Shown: positions 1 through 11,124 of the stretch, one piece after another
Position numbering within the stretch: position 1 is the first letter of the stretch
Layout of the letters: every line of letters begins with the position of its first letter
NCBI GenBank assembly: GCA_036172245.1
Contig: JAYWIR010000005.1
Span: 3,844,001 to 3,908,000 of the forward strand
Length of the DNA: 64,000 nt
Source of the DNA: Raillietiella orientalis
Taxonomy: Eukaryota
Reading direction: 5' to 3'
Notes under the pieces: model-generated
The model's database searches: none
Told to the model about the DNA's origin: nothing
Seen by the model: only the letters and a program-made list of their open reading frames with translations
Program-made: the position numbers and the translations under genes

Positions 1-4
1 AGTC

Positions 5-2592
5 ATGTGGAATAAATTTAACCGCATATGTACCATTTCATGTGTGGAGACCCAGGTTCGGATTTGGAGGTATGTCTCACATGAATATGTTGAAAACAAA
101 CTTCAGTGTATGAAACAATCTATACGGCCAATGGCTTTGGCTCTTATCTTTGGTACTGTTCTGATTGTGAAAAAAAATGATAATAAATTCCCCACATTGT
201 GTTTCATTCGTTTTAAAATATTTAGATTCTTGATTCCAATGAGATCCTTTGCAAATGAAGTAAATACATTACAAGAAAAGGACATTAAAGCTGCTGGTAC
301 ATTAGATAAATTGATCACAGACCTGCCAGTGGAAAGGATACGGAACTTTTGCATCATTGCCCATATTGATCATGGGAAAAGCACTTTAGCTGATCGCTTG
401 TTAGAGATAACAGGTTTTGCAGATGTTTTGTTTTTATTTATCAATCAATAAATTGTTATTCCAGGAACAATAAGCTCTGATAAAGGAAATAAACAGATTT
501 TGGATAAATTACAGGTAGAAAAAGAACGTGGAATTACAGTCAAAGCTCAGTCAGCTAGTATGGTCTATAATTATGCACAGCAACCATATTTATTAAACTT
601 GATTGATACACCTGGACATGTGGATTTTTCATTTGAAGTGTCCCGATCATTGTCAGTCTGTGATGGAGCTATATTGTTAGTAGATGCAAATCAAGGAATT
701 CAGGCACAAACAGTGGCAAATTTTTATCAAGCATTTCTTAAAAATCTGACTATCATCCCTGTTTTGAATAAAGTGGATTTGAAAAACGCCAAACCAGAAG
801 AAGTGGCCATTCAGATGGAGGAAACTTTAGACATTGATCTGTCCACCATCTTGCATGTTTGTAGTAGTCATGGGAAAGAAACATTTGCTTTAGGTATCTG
901 CAAAGTTAGGATCAGGAGTTCCTGCTCTTCTGGAAGCCATTATCCAAAGGATTCCTCCTCCTAGTTCTGAAAAATGCAAACCCCTTCGAGCATTCTTGTT
1001 CGATTCTTGGTAATTCAATTTCCCTCTGTTTGAAAGAGTACCATTTGTTTTGTGGAATTTAGGTTTGATCACTATCGTGGTGTTATTGGTGTAATTTTGA
1101 TTAAAGATGGTTATTTAAAAGCTGGTGATGTTATTACTTCTAGCATTTCTGGAAAAAAGTTTGAAGTTAAAGAAGTGGGTATCATACAGCTGAAGGAAAA
1201 ACCCACAAGTTACCTGTAAGAAGGAGTTTTGATCAGCTTGTTAATTCTAATTTATGAACAAGTTCAGCTGGTCAAGTGGGTTATTTTGTGGCCAGCATCC
1301 ATAAACCATCTGATGCTCAATTGGGAGACACTTTCTATCTCATGGATACATCTGTGACTCCTCTTCCTCGTCTGCCTCCACCTAAGTGCATGGTATTTGC
1401 TGGTGTGTATCCTGCAGAGCAATCAGCAGCTGGAATGCTACGTACTGCACTGGAGAAGCTGTTGCTCAATGATAGCAGTGTCTCCATGGTTTTGGAAAAC
1501 AGGCAAGGGTATCCCATATCAAGTGAATTATTTGAATGAGATGAATAGCTCTGTTTTGGGTCAAGGATGGCGTTTAGGATTCTTAGGGTTATTGCATATG
1601 GAGGTGTTTAATCAGCGTCTAGAGCAAGAATATGGAGCAGAAATTATAATTACACAGCCCACAGTACCATACAGAGGTAAGCTTGTTCTAACCTTACTTG
1701 TAATCATGATTCAACTAGCCAAACTGAACAATCAACGACTTATTAAACAACATGGTAGTGAAGAAATTGTCATTAACAGCCCTGCGGATTTCCCTGACCC
1801 ATTTTATGTAGAACAGTTTTATGAACCTTTTGTTCTGGGTAGCCTTATCATTCCTGGTAAATAAATTGTTACTCTTGGGAACCAAGACTTTCAATTCAGC
1901 TGATTTATTAAGCGAAACATTATTTCTGTGCCATTCTAAACGAGGAATTCAGCAACATACTGCAAATGTTAGTAATAATCGTATGCTGCTCATGTTTCAA
2001 TTTCCACTGAGTGAAATCATTGTGGATTTTTTTGATCAGTTGAAGTCCTTGACATCTGGCTATGGAACCTTTGACTATGAGGAATGTGGCTACCAGCCAA
2101 CAGAACTTCACAAGGTAATATTAGAAAACAAATGTTATGGATTTGTTATGTTTCATAATTAGTTGGATATTCTGTTGAATGGTAATGAAGTTAAAGAACT
2201 GAGCACCATTGTTCATGCTTCAAAATCAAGAGCTGTAGGCAGACAGCTGGCAAGCAAGCTGCAAGACATGATTCCTAGGCAGCTGATTCCTGTATGGTTG
2301 CAAGGCATTGTGTGATTTTTGAGGAATTTTATATTTTCAGATTGCTATTCAGGCTGCTGTGAAGGGGAAGATTGTGGCTAGGGAAGACATAAAGGCTTTA
2401 CGCAAAGATGTTACAGCAAAATGCGTAAGCATAATGTTCAAAGCTTCCAGTTAATAACTGTCGTAGTATGGTGGAGACAGAACTCGTAAAATGAAACTCC
2501 TAAAACAGCAGGCAATTGGTAAAAAGAAAATGAAAACCATACACAATGTCGCAATACCTCACGAAGTATTTCTGCAGGTTTTTAAGAAGTAA
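5..2592 (+). CDS. GUF1: Mitochondrial translation factor GUF1 (LepA/EF-4 family GTPase), 12 exons
   Basis: Spliced translation contains [72 protein letters not shown] and [19 protein letters not shown]. Introns: 70-225 (alternative acceptor at 243), 414-464, 857-893, 1010-1062, 1216-1262, 1503-1548 (GC-AG), 1677-1718, 1857-1899, 2115-2162, 2292-2340 and 2425-2466. Stop TAA at 2590-2592; AATAAA at 2659. The first exon is less certain. Confidence 0.96.
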
Positions 2593-4104
2593 TCTATGTT
2601 TCACAGTGTTTGAAATGCTAAATGCAGTTGAGAAGCAGAAAGAAAATTGTAGTGGATGAATAAATCCAGGGATCATGAATCTTAGTTGCTTCATTGAATA
2701 AAGCATTACAAACCCTATTTCCCTTTGAAATCACACCAAATGAAACTCCAGATAGAAATTCCAAACACTAATCAAGTATTTTTGAAATAAATAATGGAGT
2801 TTTACTTTCATAAATATGGGTGCACAAGTACATCCTTAGACATATCATCATGTCCCTGATGAAATTTAAGTATTTTAAAATGCAAGTTCTCTTTGCAAGA
2901 AGAATCAAGTGATTTCCTATAAATTTGTCACATGTGCTTTTGTTACCGTTAATTGCAACATTATCAAGAAGGGGATAATGCTTCCAATATATTTCCTTGC
3001 CCACAAATGGAAATCTACAGCTAATGAATCAGTTAGATTAAAGTTTTTTAGAAGAATGGCATTGACTTCGGTTTTTCAATGGCATTCACATATAGTAGGT
3101 TACATCCAACAATCCCAGAAGAAAGTTCTAACTATTTTTTCCACAAGGAATATTTGGTGAAGGCTTAAATTTCCTAGATGCATGAGAATATACAAGGCAT
3201 TGCATTCAATAGTTCCTATGGCATCACCCATAAGAAGAAATTATGGATTTATTCCCTTTCCGGAAATAACAGATGTTGCTTCGTCAAATTTCCCAGACAA
3301 AAAAGCCCGGTGCAGTGGCACAACTGCACTGGGCATCCACTTGTTACAGGAAATCAATGTATTTGAGTTACCTGAATAATGAGACTTTAGAAGATCTTTC
3401 ACAACCGTAACATTTTCTGTGCACCCCCTTGCATGTATTATATCCCAAAATATGGATTTCATCTTACTTGGAAATACCTCCATCTGTTAGCAATAATTCT
3501 TTGCGTGCATTAGGCAACATTCTTTGACCTCAGAAGTGGGTAATGAATTTGTGAGATAAAACCTGACGATAATTTATTTTCCGGAACTACCGGAAACAGA
3601 ACACCTTGTGGGAATTCGAGGAGAAATTTTTTGTAGCTTACAATTTGTTGCGAGGAAACGTAGAGAAGTAAGTCATTCGTTTAGTATAATCATGCAATAT
3701 AGAAATCGGACGATTTTCTGGTAGAGAAAGGGGCGACCGTAAGTACAAAATCGCTAACCTCAGTAACGAAATAAGAGAGTTGGTCTTTTAATGTCATGAT
3801 CAGTGGTTCCGTACACTTTCTTTCTTTACTTTTTTTTTTTGAAAAAAAAAAAGAAACTTGAAGGTATGGATTTTGAATACTGAGGTCCAGCAAATTAAAG
3901 CCTCAGGTTGATTTCGCTCGATGATGCCTTCGAGTCAACTTGAACTCTGCCAAATTGAGTGACAGTCTTTCAGGATGTATTGAATTTGGAATATATAAAC
4001 ATATTTTAAAGAATGAAATCATGGAGACAGTAGGGATAGAAACCAACTTCCGAGTTTCACCTGTTCTGTCTCCTATTTGTTTAAGTCTGTATTTATCTTA
4101 CTGA

Positions 4105-4360
4105 GTTTGTTTCGATAGCTCGCATCTTGATTTTTCATCCATGATCCAATGACCATCTTTCCTGAATGCTGATTTAAGAGATACTTGCATTCTTCTATTC
4201 AGAATGAATGCGGACAATACAATTTCATGTTCTATTTGAAACTAGCTATTATTGAAGTGTCAGTGTAAATGCTTCAAGTGCTCATTTTAGAGTCCTGCCT
4301 TCACAAAAGGAAATGCAAAACTTGGTTTGTTTCGATAGCTGGTATCTTGAGTTTTCATCC
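4105..4360. repeat. 36-bp direct repeat, two copies 220 bp apart
   Basis: gtttgtttcgatagctcgcatcttgatttttcatcc (4105-4140) versus gtttgtttcgatagctggtatcttgagttttcatcc (4325-4360), 3 mismatches. Confidence 0.85.
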
Positions 4361-5931
4361 GTGACGTTGAGCAATGAAAAGTTTGTTTTCATTACTTTGC
4401 GATCACTTTAAAAGGTTTACGACAATTTCCATGCTCGGTTCACCAGGCATCCGTTTTGTTACCTACACAGCATGTGAATTTAATTTTATCTCTCTCTCTT
4501 TGTATTGGTCTGCTTGAACCCTATGCCGCAACGCTTGAAAATACTCGGCAATACGCGGTCCACAGGAAATCTTGGGGTGATGGCTCAAATTTAATTGCTT
4601 TCTGGATTCATAATACGTCACAAAGTCATAAAACTCCTAATTTCTATATCAATGCTCTGGAAGCACTGAATTGCATGATTTGTACATATCCTGTGTTCTA
4701 TTTCCATATCTTCCCACTTTGAACGGGTAGGCATTTGTGGAGTACCTGGAAAATAAGTAGTTAGGCATGAATAATTTTACCAATAACCGTAAAGAATAAC
4801 GACACCTTGCATCAACAGCAGGTGCAGTGTGAAGTTCGTTCAGGAAAAACGGAAACTTTCAATGAAAAATAAGAAAACTATTTAAAACTTCCGAGTCGAG
4901 TTTCCTTGTCCCAGTGAGATGTTCCTATAGGTCCATTTTAGCTTGTTTATTTTTTATAGATAAATCGCCCTGGTGTGACCCGGTGTCAACCAGCAAGAGG
5001 GAGTTCTGCTGGCACCGAAGAGGGATGGCGGAAAGAACACGATCTCGAAGTTGTGCAGGGTTGGAGAATCCCCAGAGATGGATGAAATCTCTGGGGGCCA
5101 CGAGCTGAAACTTTCGGGGTTGCCACCTTCTACCGTTTACCACTGCGCGATGGGACCTGGAGGTACAACAGGTCATTTCCCGCACTGCTGGAGTACCCTC
5201 TTCCTCCTGATCCGAAAGATGAAGTAACGTCCTCAATGGTGCCATGCTGAGATCTGGAGAGTCGGTTTGCATCGTATCCCTGCAAGGGTCAGGTTTCCCA
5301 GAAGACTGACAGCGTTGCTGTTCGAGAGTGTTGGACTCATCTAAATTAGTCGTGTTTCCAGATATTCCTGCCGACAAGTATTCCTGTTCAGCAGGCGGCA
5401 GGATACCAACTCGTGTTCCCCCGTCAGCAACGTTATCGAGGACCCAGACCTCGCCTGAGGTTGCGTGAGGGGACAGATGCTGAATCCTTCATAGTTTCCT
5501 GCATTCTTTTCGGGAATCCTGGGAGACAGCTACCGCTGCGTGTTCCACAGCATCTATACGAGGGTCAGCCACCCGAACGGTGCTCACATCTGCATTCGTT
5601 TGACGTGGAATGAGTTCAGACCCAGTCTAGACGAAAGCAAACCAAGTCTTTGGAGGAGCCAGACAAAGCTTACCGCATCGAACTGGCGACCTGATGGCGC
5701 AACCAACAGTTTCCGGGATTCATCCCTCTCCTCTCCCTTGAAAAAAAAAGTGACTAGGAAAGGGATGCGACAGAGGCGTTGTTGCTCGACACTGCTGCTC
5801 TCTTGGGAAGCAGCAGCTTGCTGTCCTTTTTGCTAAGTAGGCGAAACCTATTTCTTCCCTTGAGGTGAACGAACTCCTTAACTTACCCGGGTACCACCAG
5901 GTAAGTTGCGTATCCTCTCACGAGGATGACT

Positions 5932-6520
5932 CTCACTCGGTTATGCCGGGACATTTATTACGTTAGTAATAAAAATACATTTTTGTGGTAGAACCGTCGG
6001 TTCCACCACGTGCAATGAATCTGCCGAGGATCCGTACGCAGACCGGCGAGGTTCCCTTCGGCAGCGTGGACAAACAAAACAAGGGAGGGTAATTTATACA
6101 TGGGGAGAGGGAGAGGACGAGGAAGGGATCACAGTACGCTGCCAGACGTCTCCGGCATTTTGTTCAGGATGCTGGCAAGTTCTGTCAGTATATCGGCCAG
6201 GTGGGGCCATATCGAGGCGGTCTTCAGGAAGATATGCGCCCAGTGGCTGGCATCCCTGCCATTTTGACCTCTTCCCCTGGCGTTCCAAGCCTCCATGATT
6301 CCGCGAACACAGCAGAGAACTGCTAGGGACGCGGGTCGCGGCAGTGCGGCACGCACCTTCAAAATGTCCCTGGGGCCGCCCGCCGGGATACCTAGGGTCG
6401 GCGAGAGGAGATCCTAAAGGGATCGGAGGGTAGAACAGACCAACAGCAGGTGCGATATGGTCTCCTTCTTCCCGCACCTGTCGCACTTAGCGTCCACCCC
6501 CGTGTTTGAACAGCTACAAG
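5932..6520 (-). mobile_element. 3' end of an L1/Tx1-like LINE (ORF2 C-terminal CCHC/zf-RVT motif plus 3' UTR)
   Basis: Minus-strand AKCDRCGKKETISHLLLVC, followed by QNGRDASHWAHIFLKTASIWPHL, which is homologous to 52349-52500. The 3' UTR has AATAAA and a conserved terminal motif. Confidence 0.85.
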
Positions 6521-9500
6521 GCCGTGAGAAAAACTCGCGAAAGGCCTTGCGAAGGCCGGCCGCGAGGAAGACTCCGGAGGCAGATGAGGCCGACCCGGAT
6601 GCCGGAAGTGCGTCCTGCTCAGCGGAGGAGCCTCCTAAGAAGACGGGACGCAAGTCCAGACCAACAAGGAGGGGGATGAACCAGCACCCGAGGGGGAAGC
6701 CAGCAGCGTAGGAACTGAGAGTGGGAATCTCTCACTCTCCGACGCCGTGCAGCTGGTGACCCCCATGGAGGAGGAAGAGCAAGTGGGTAAAACCCCCCTT
6801 CCTCCTCACGGCCTTGCCGACGATTCGGCCCCCATGGAGAAAGGAGAAGTGGTGCGCGATGCACCATCTCCTCCTAGCGTCCCGCCCGACCAGGTGGCGG
6901 ACGCCGCAACGCCGATTTCCCAGGATTAGCACCTGGGCTCGCCTGTCGTCGTCGGATCCGCGCAGCCTGTTGGAATGTCAACAGGCTGTGCGACGACGGC
7001 AACAGACGGGATACGGCCGACACCCTGCATGACTTCGAGCTGGCGCTCCTGCAGGAGATCCACCTGATCACCGCAGCGGACGTCCAGGAAATCGAAACGA
7101 TCGCAGGGAGTCGGTTATACTGGCGATGCGGCACCAGGAACACCTGTGGGATCGCGTGTTTTTTGAAGCCAGCCATCAACGCTGCCGTGAAGGGCGTGCG
7201 CTTTGAGGACTACGGTCGGGTCGGCCAACTGATTCTGAGATGGTCCGATTCGGTCGACCTCATCGTCACAAATGTGTACGCTCCCAGCGGTAAACAGGGG
7301 TACTAGGAACGCAATGCGTTGCTGGAAACCTTGAAGCGCGAATGGCTGGTGGCTACGGACGTGCGAAAGGCGCATCTGATAGCAGGGGATTCCAATCTCC
7401 GCCTGCTCTCAGATCATCCCGGAGCACAGCGGAATGCGATGAACGAGTTCTGCGCCGCCATGCGTGCGCGCAACTTGTTCAAGGGTGCGGAGGGAATGGT
7501 CCGCAGCATCGACCACGTCTTCCTCGACGCTGACCTGTGCCCATGGGTTGTCAAACGGGGGAAGCTTGCGTCGACGCTGTTGGACCATTCCCGGCTAATT
7601 TTCGAGATGCGCCCGCGCGACAAGGGACCGCCATCCAGGGAGTGGCGTCTGCCGGGGGACTGGACGCGACTCTCAGGTGCGAAAGAACATCTTCGCGAAT
7701 TCCTGAAAGGCGTCATGTTCCAGAGTCTCGCGGATTGGGACCTATTTAAGGCCTCGGTCCGGGAGTTCTGCGAGCAGTTCCCCATGGACGCCTGCCCCGA
7801 GGATTTAGCGAAGGGGCTCGCAATGAGCTTGCTTATTTACAAGCGCGCCACTACGAGAGGACCCCCAATGTCCATCGCCTCGCCGAATACCGAGCCGGGG
7901 CCGAGCGCCAAGCCTGGCAATCCGGGTCGGCCAGTTTGGTGGACGATCTGGGCCGGGAACGCTCGTCCCCGGCTGCGGTACGGAATCTCTTACGTTGTTT
8001 TTATTCCTCCCTTTACGCCAGGGCTCCCCCGGAACGAGAAATCTACCGGCGCTTGCTTCCGGATGGAGCTCCGGCAATAGGGGAGGAAGAGAAGTTAAGC
8101 CTGAAAGAGCCTTTTACCACCGGCAAAATTCTCGCCAGTATCCAAAGGCTCAAGAGGCGTAAGGCGCCAGGGGAGGACGGCCTGCCCACGGAGTTTTTCC
8201 AATGTTTCGCGGCAGAGCTTCTCCCCCTGGTGCTCGAGTTGGCAAGGCTGGTCCGAGACGAAGGCGATGTTCCCTTCTCGTTTCGGTCAGCCAGGGTGAG
8301 GTTCCTTCCGAAGGGAGGAGACCTCAGGAAACTGAGCAACTGGCGTCCGATCACGATTGTGAATACGGACGCCAAGCTGATTGCCGAGCTGTGGGCATCG
8401 CGTTTGGGGCAGGTGTCAGATTCCATAATTAGCCCGGAGCAGACTTACGCTGTTCCCGGGCGAAGTATGGAGGCCAACCTCTTCTTCGCGAGCACATGGT
8501 TTCATGTGCAGCGGTGTGAGAAGAAAGGAAAGGGGAAGGACGGCAACCCCACTTTGGGGCCGCTAGCCGGACAGGGAAGGGAATCCCGGGCGGGGAAGGG
8601 GGCTCTAGCGATCGCAGTCTATCTCCATAAGGCGTTCGACTGCGTAGACCAGGAGCTACTGTTGGAGCTCCTGGGTCGAATGGGCTTCCCACCCTCCTTG
8701 ATCACCTACCTGCGCTCCTGCTGGCGCAGCGCGCTGATCACCATTACTTTCAGTAGCCAGAAGGTGTACGGCGTGCCGGTAAGGCGCGGGATAAGGCAGG
8801 GCGATAGTCTCAGTCCCCTGCTCTTTAGCACCTACTTCGAGTTGGTGCTGAGAGCGTACAGGGCGACTTTGACTGCCTTACCGAGCTCGTGCCCCGGCAC
8901 GCCCGCCGTAGCAGCCTATGCCGACGATCTGCTCTTGTTGCCTATGTCCACCCCGGCAGTGGCAGTCGAGGATTTCTTCGATCTGCTAAGCCGTGGGACT
9001 GGACTGCAGGTAAACAAGGCGAAGTCGTTGGTGGTGCCAGTTAGTGCGACGTGGGCAGGACAAACTGACTGGATCCGCTTGGGGATCCCCACGGCCAGGT
9101 ACCTGAAGTACCTGGGCGTCCCGTCGGGGGACTTCTGTCCAACAGAAGCCTGGTCAGGTCGTCTTCAGAAAGTGGAGTTGGCGATCGGCCCGTTCCTGGA
9201 AGGCAAGTTCCTCTTGCCGGAACGGGCCGCGGTATGGAACGCGTTTGCCGCTCCCATCCTCCCCCCCCCTGCTTTTTGTTTGCCCCGTTCCCATTCGGTT
9301 GAAAAAGAGGACGAAGGACCTCCTACGCATCGCCCTTTGGCGCAAAGGGAGGCCCTGAATGCCTCTGATGGACTTGTATGCTCCGCGTCGGGATGGCGGT
9401 CTCGGCCTCTTGACGCTGGAGCGAATGGAGATTCAGCTGCGATGGCGCACCGTGGCCATCACAGAGAAGTTGTGGAGCACCCCTTGGCGCGTTCCGGCCC

Positions 9501-10006
9501 GAATTCTCGCCAGCCGTGTGTCCAGGACCCAAGGACTCATGTCGTTTCTTTTGTGCCACGGCCGGAAGATTCGAAGATGCGGCCTGCTCCTTGGACGCAT
9601 GGCGTCCCTGGCTAAGGAAAACGGCTGGATGGTTCGCAGCCCCGCCAACTCCTCATGGCTGGAGGAGACTGCTGGCACGTAGGCGAAGTTGAACCAGTCT
9701 AGTGGTGAATCCTGGAACTGCCTGCGACCCGGCATCTACACCCGCTGCACGCTGAGGAACATGCTCGAGTGTCCCGCCAGAAGCACGTGGGCGGAGACGA
9801 CCCCATTGACCACGGCGCTGCCCGTCCTGAGGAGGGCGCTCGGCAGCAGCCAAACGCCGAGGTGGCAAGTCTCCTCCCGTGTAGCGGGCAGGGAGCAGAT
9901 GATGAGCGGCTGGACCACGAAGGAACTGGCTCACACCGCGACCCAGAGCGTCCTCCCTCGAGGAATTCGGAGATGGGTCGAACGGTGCTGTCCGGAGCAG
10001 TGGACA
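6520..10006 (+). mobile_element. Degenerate L1/Tx1-like LINE body: ORF1 tail, APE endonuclease, reverse transcriptase and post-RT region
   Basis: APE motifs LLQEIHL (about 7046), TNVYAP, AGDSN, SIDHVF and LDHS. RT motifs KAPGEDG, PKGGD..NWRPITIVNTDAK, KAFDCV, GIRQGDSLSPLLF, YADD (8917), KYLG, then DGGLGL. In-frame TAG at 7304 and frameshifts near 7900 and in the C-run at about 9265 show it is inactive. Confidence 0.93.
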
Positions 10007-10884
10007 GACTTCGATTCATCTGGGAACGACAGCCGGCAAAGTCATGTCCACTTGCGGCTTCGGGCGTACTCCGTGCAGGGAGCAGAGAAAACGTCTCCAC
10101 TGACGGCGAAGATGCAATGCTGATGGGACGAAGAACTGCTGCGGGGGAATGAATGTCTGCTGCGCGCTCTTTTCCAACCGCGCGGCCACGGTAGGAAAGA
10201 GGGCGAGACAACTTCGCGACGGGATTGCTCTTGCCGTGAGGACCGCGTGCCGGACGCCACCACCTCTGCACGCACGGTGGAACGTCCTTTATGCAACGAT
10301 GCAGGTCAGTCAACAGGAGGCTAGCAGCAGCGGAAGGCGCTCCACTCGCTGCGAGCAGCAATCAGCAAGACAATCATCAAGACGCCTTCTCACCTCTGCT
10401 GAAAGAATGCTTGGGGGTTGCAACAGACGGACTTCGTCAGGGTGGAACGATCATGATTCACAGTGGATCAGCACAAAGAATGAGTAGCTAAGTCTCTAGT
10501 GCAGCTAAAATAGCCACTGAAACCGTCCAGAAAAGGCAGCGACCACAACAGTGGTCACGCATAGAGTGGTGGATAGGTGGCCTGGGGAAATACGAGCAAG
10601 ACACGTGCGTCGGCAAACCTCTTTCTGTCCGCTTGCCTGGAACTCATTCTCCAGCTGCGTCGCACGGCAACCGGCAGTCCAGAGATCTTCCTGAAAAAAG
10701 AAACGGAATCCAAGTGGAACACTCCGCGTCTTTCGCCGACTCGACGGTGCAGCTGCAGGTGGCAACCCTGTTCATTAACTACGGAGCAAGCAAGCTGTTC
10801 TCTGCTTGTCCTGTAGCCAGGATGGGCGCCTTGCATCCAGAAAATGACTTGGTGCTCACGGACGCCTATCAGTGCCCCTTCCGG

Positions 10885-11124
10885 TCAGGACGGGAACCTT
10901 TCGGTGTGGCCGGTTGTTCCTTCGTGAGGACAAGCATCTTGACAGTTATGAAGGAGCCTTTCAGTGAGGACGGGCGCTTCTTGATGAAGACAGGCGCCTT
11001 TTATTCAGGACGGGCAGCTCATGATGATGGGGAGCGCCTTGCAGTCTGGACGAGAGTTTTTCGATGAAACCGGATGCTCTTCGTTGAAGACGGACGCTTT
11101 GCTTTTCGGATGGATGCGCCATGG
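10885..11124. repeat. Degenerate 20-bp minisatellite, about 12 units
   Basis: Consecutive 20-mers include tcaggacgggaacctttcgg, tgaggacaagcatcttgaca, tgaggacgggcgcttcttga, tgaagacaggcgccttttat, tcaggacgggcagctcatga and tgaagacggacgctttgctt. Confidence 0.75.

Noticed and set aside
2768..3797. Superficial resemblance to the TTC21B/IFT139 N-terminus
   Set aside because: The similarity is weak, needs stops and frame changes, and the space is far too short for that protein.
5897..5906. ACTTACCTGG on the minus strand equals the U1 snRNA 5' end
   Set aside because: The following sequence does not resemble U1. It is simply the complement of a consensus splice donor.
10885..11124. CRISPR-like array
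   Set aside because: The units are contiguous and degenerate with no spacers, there are no cas genes, and the context is eukaryotic.
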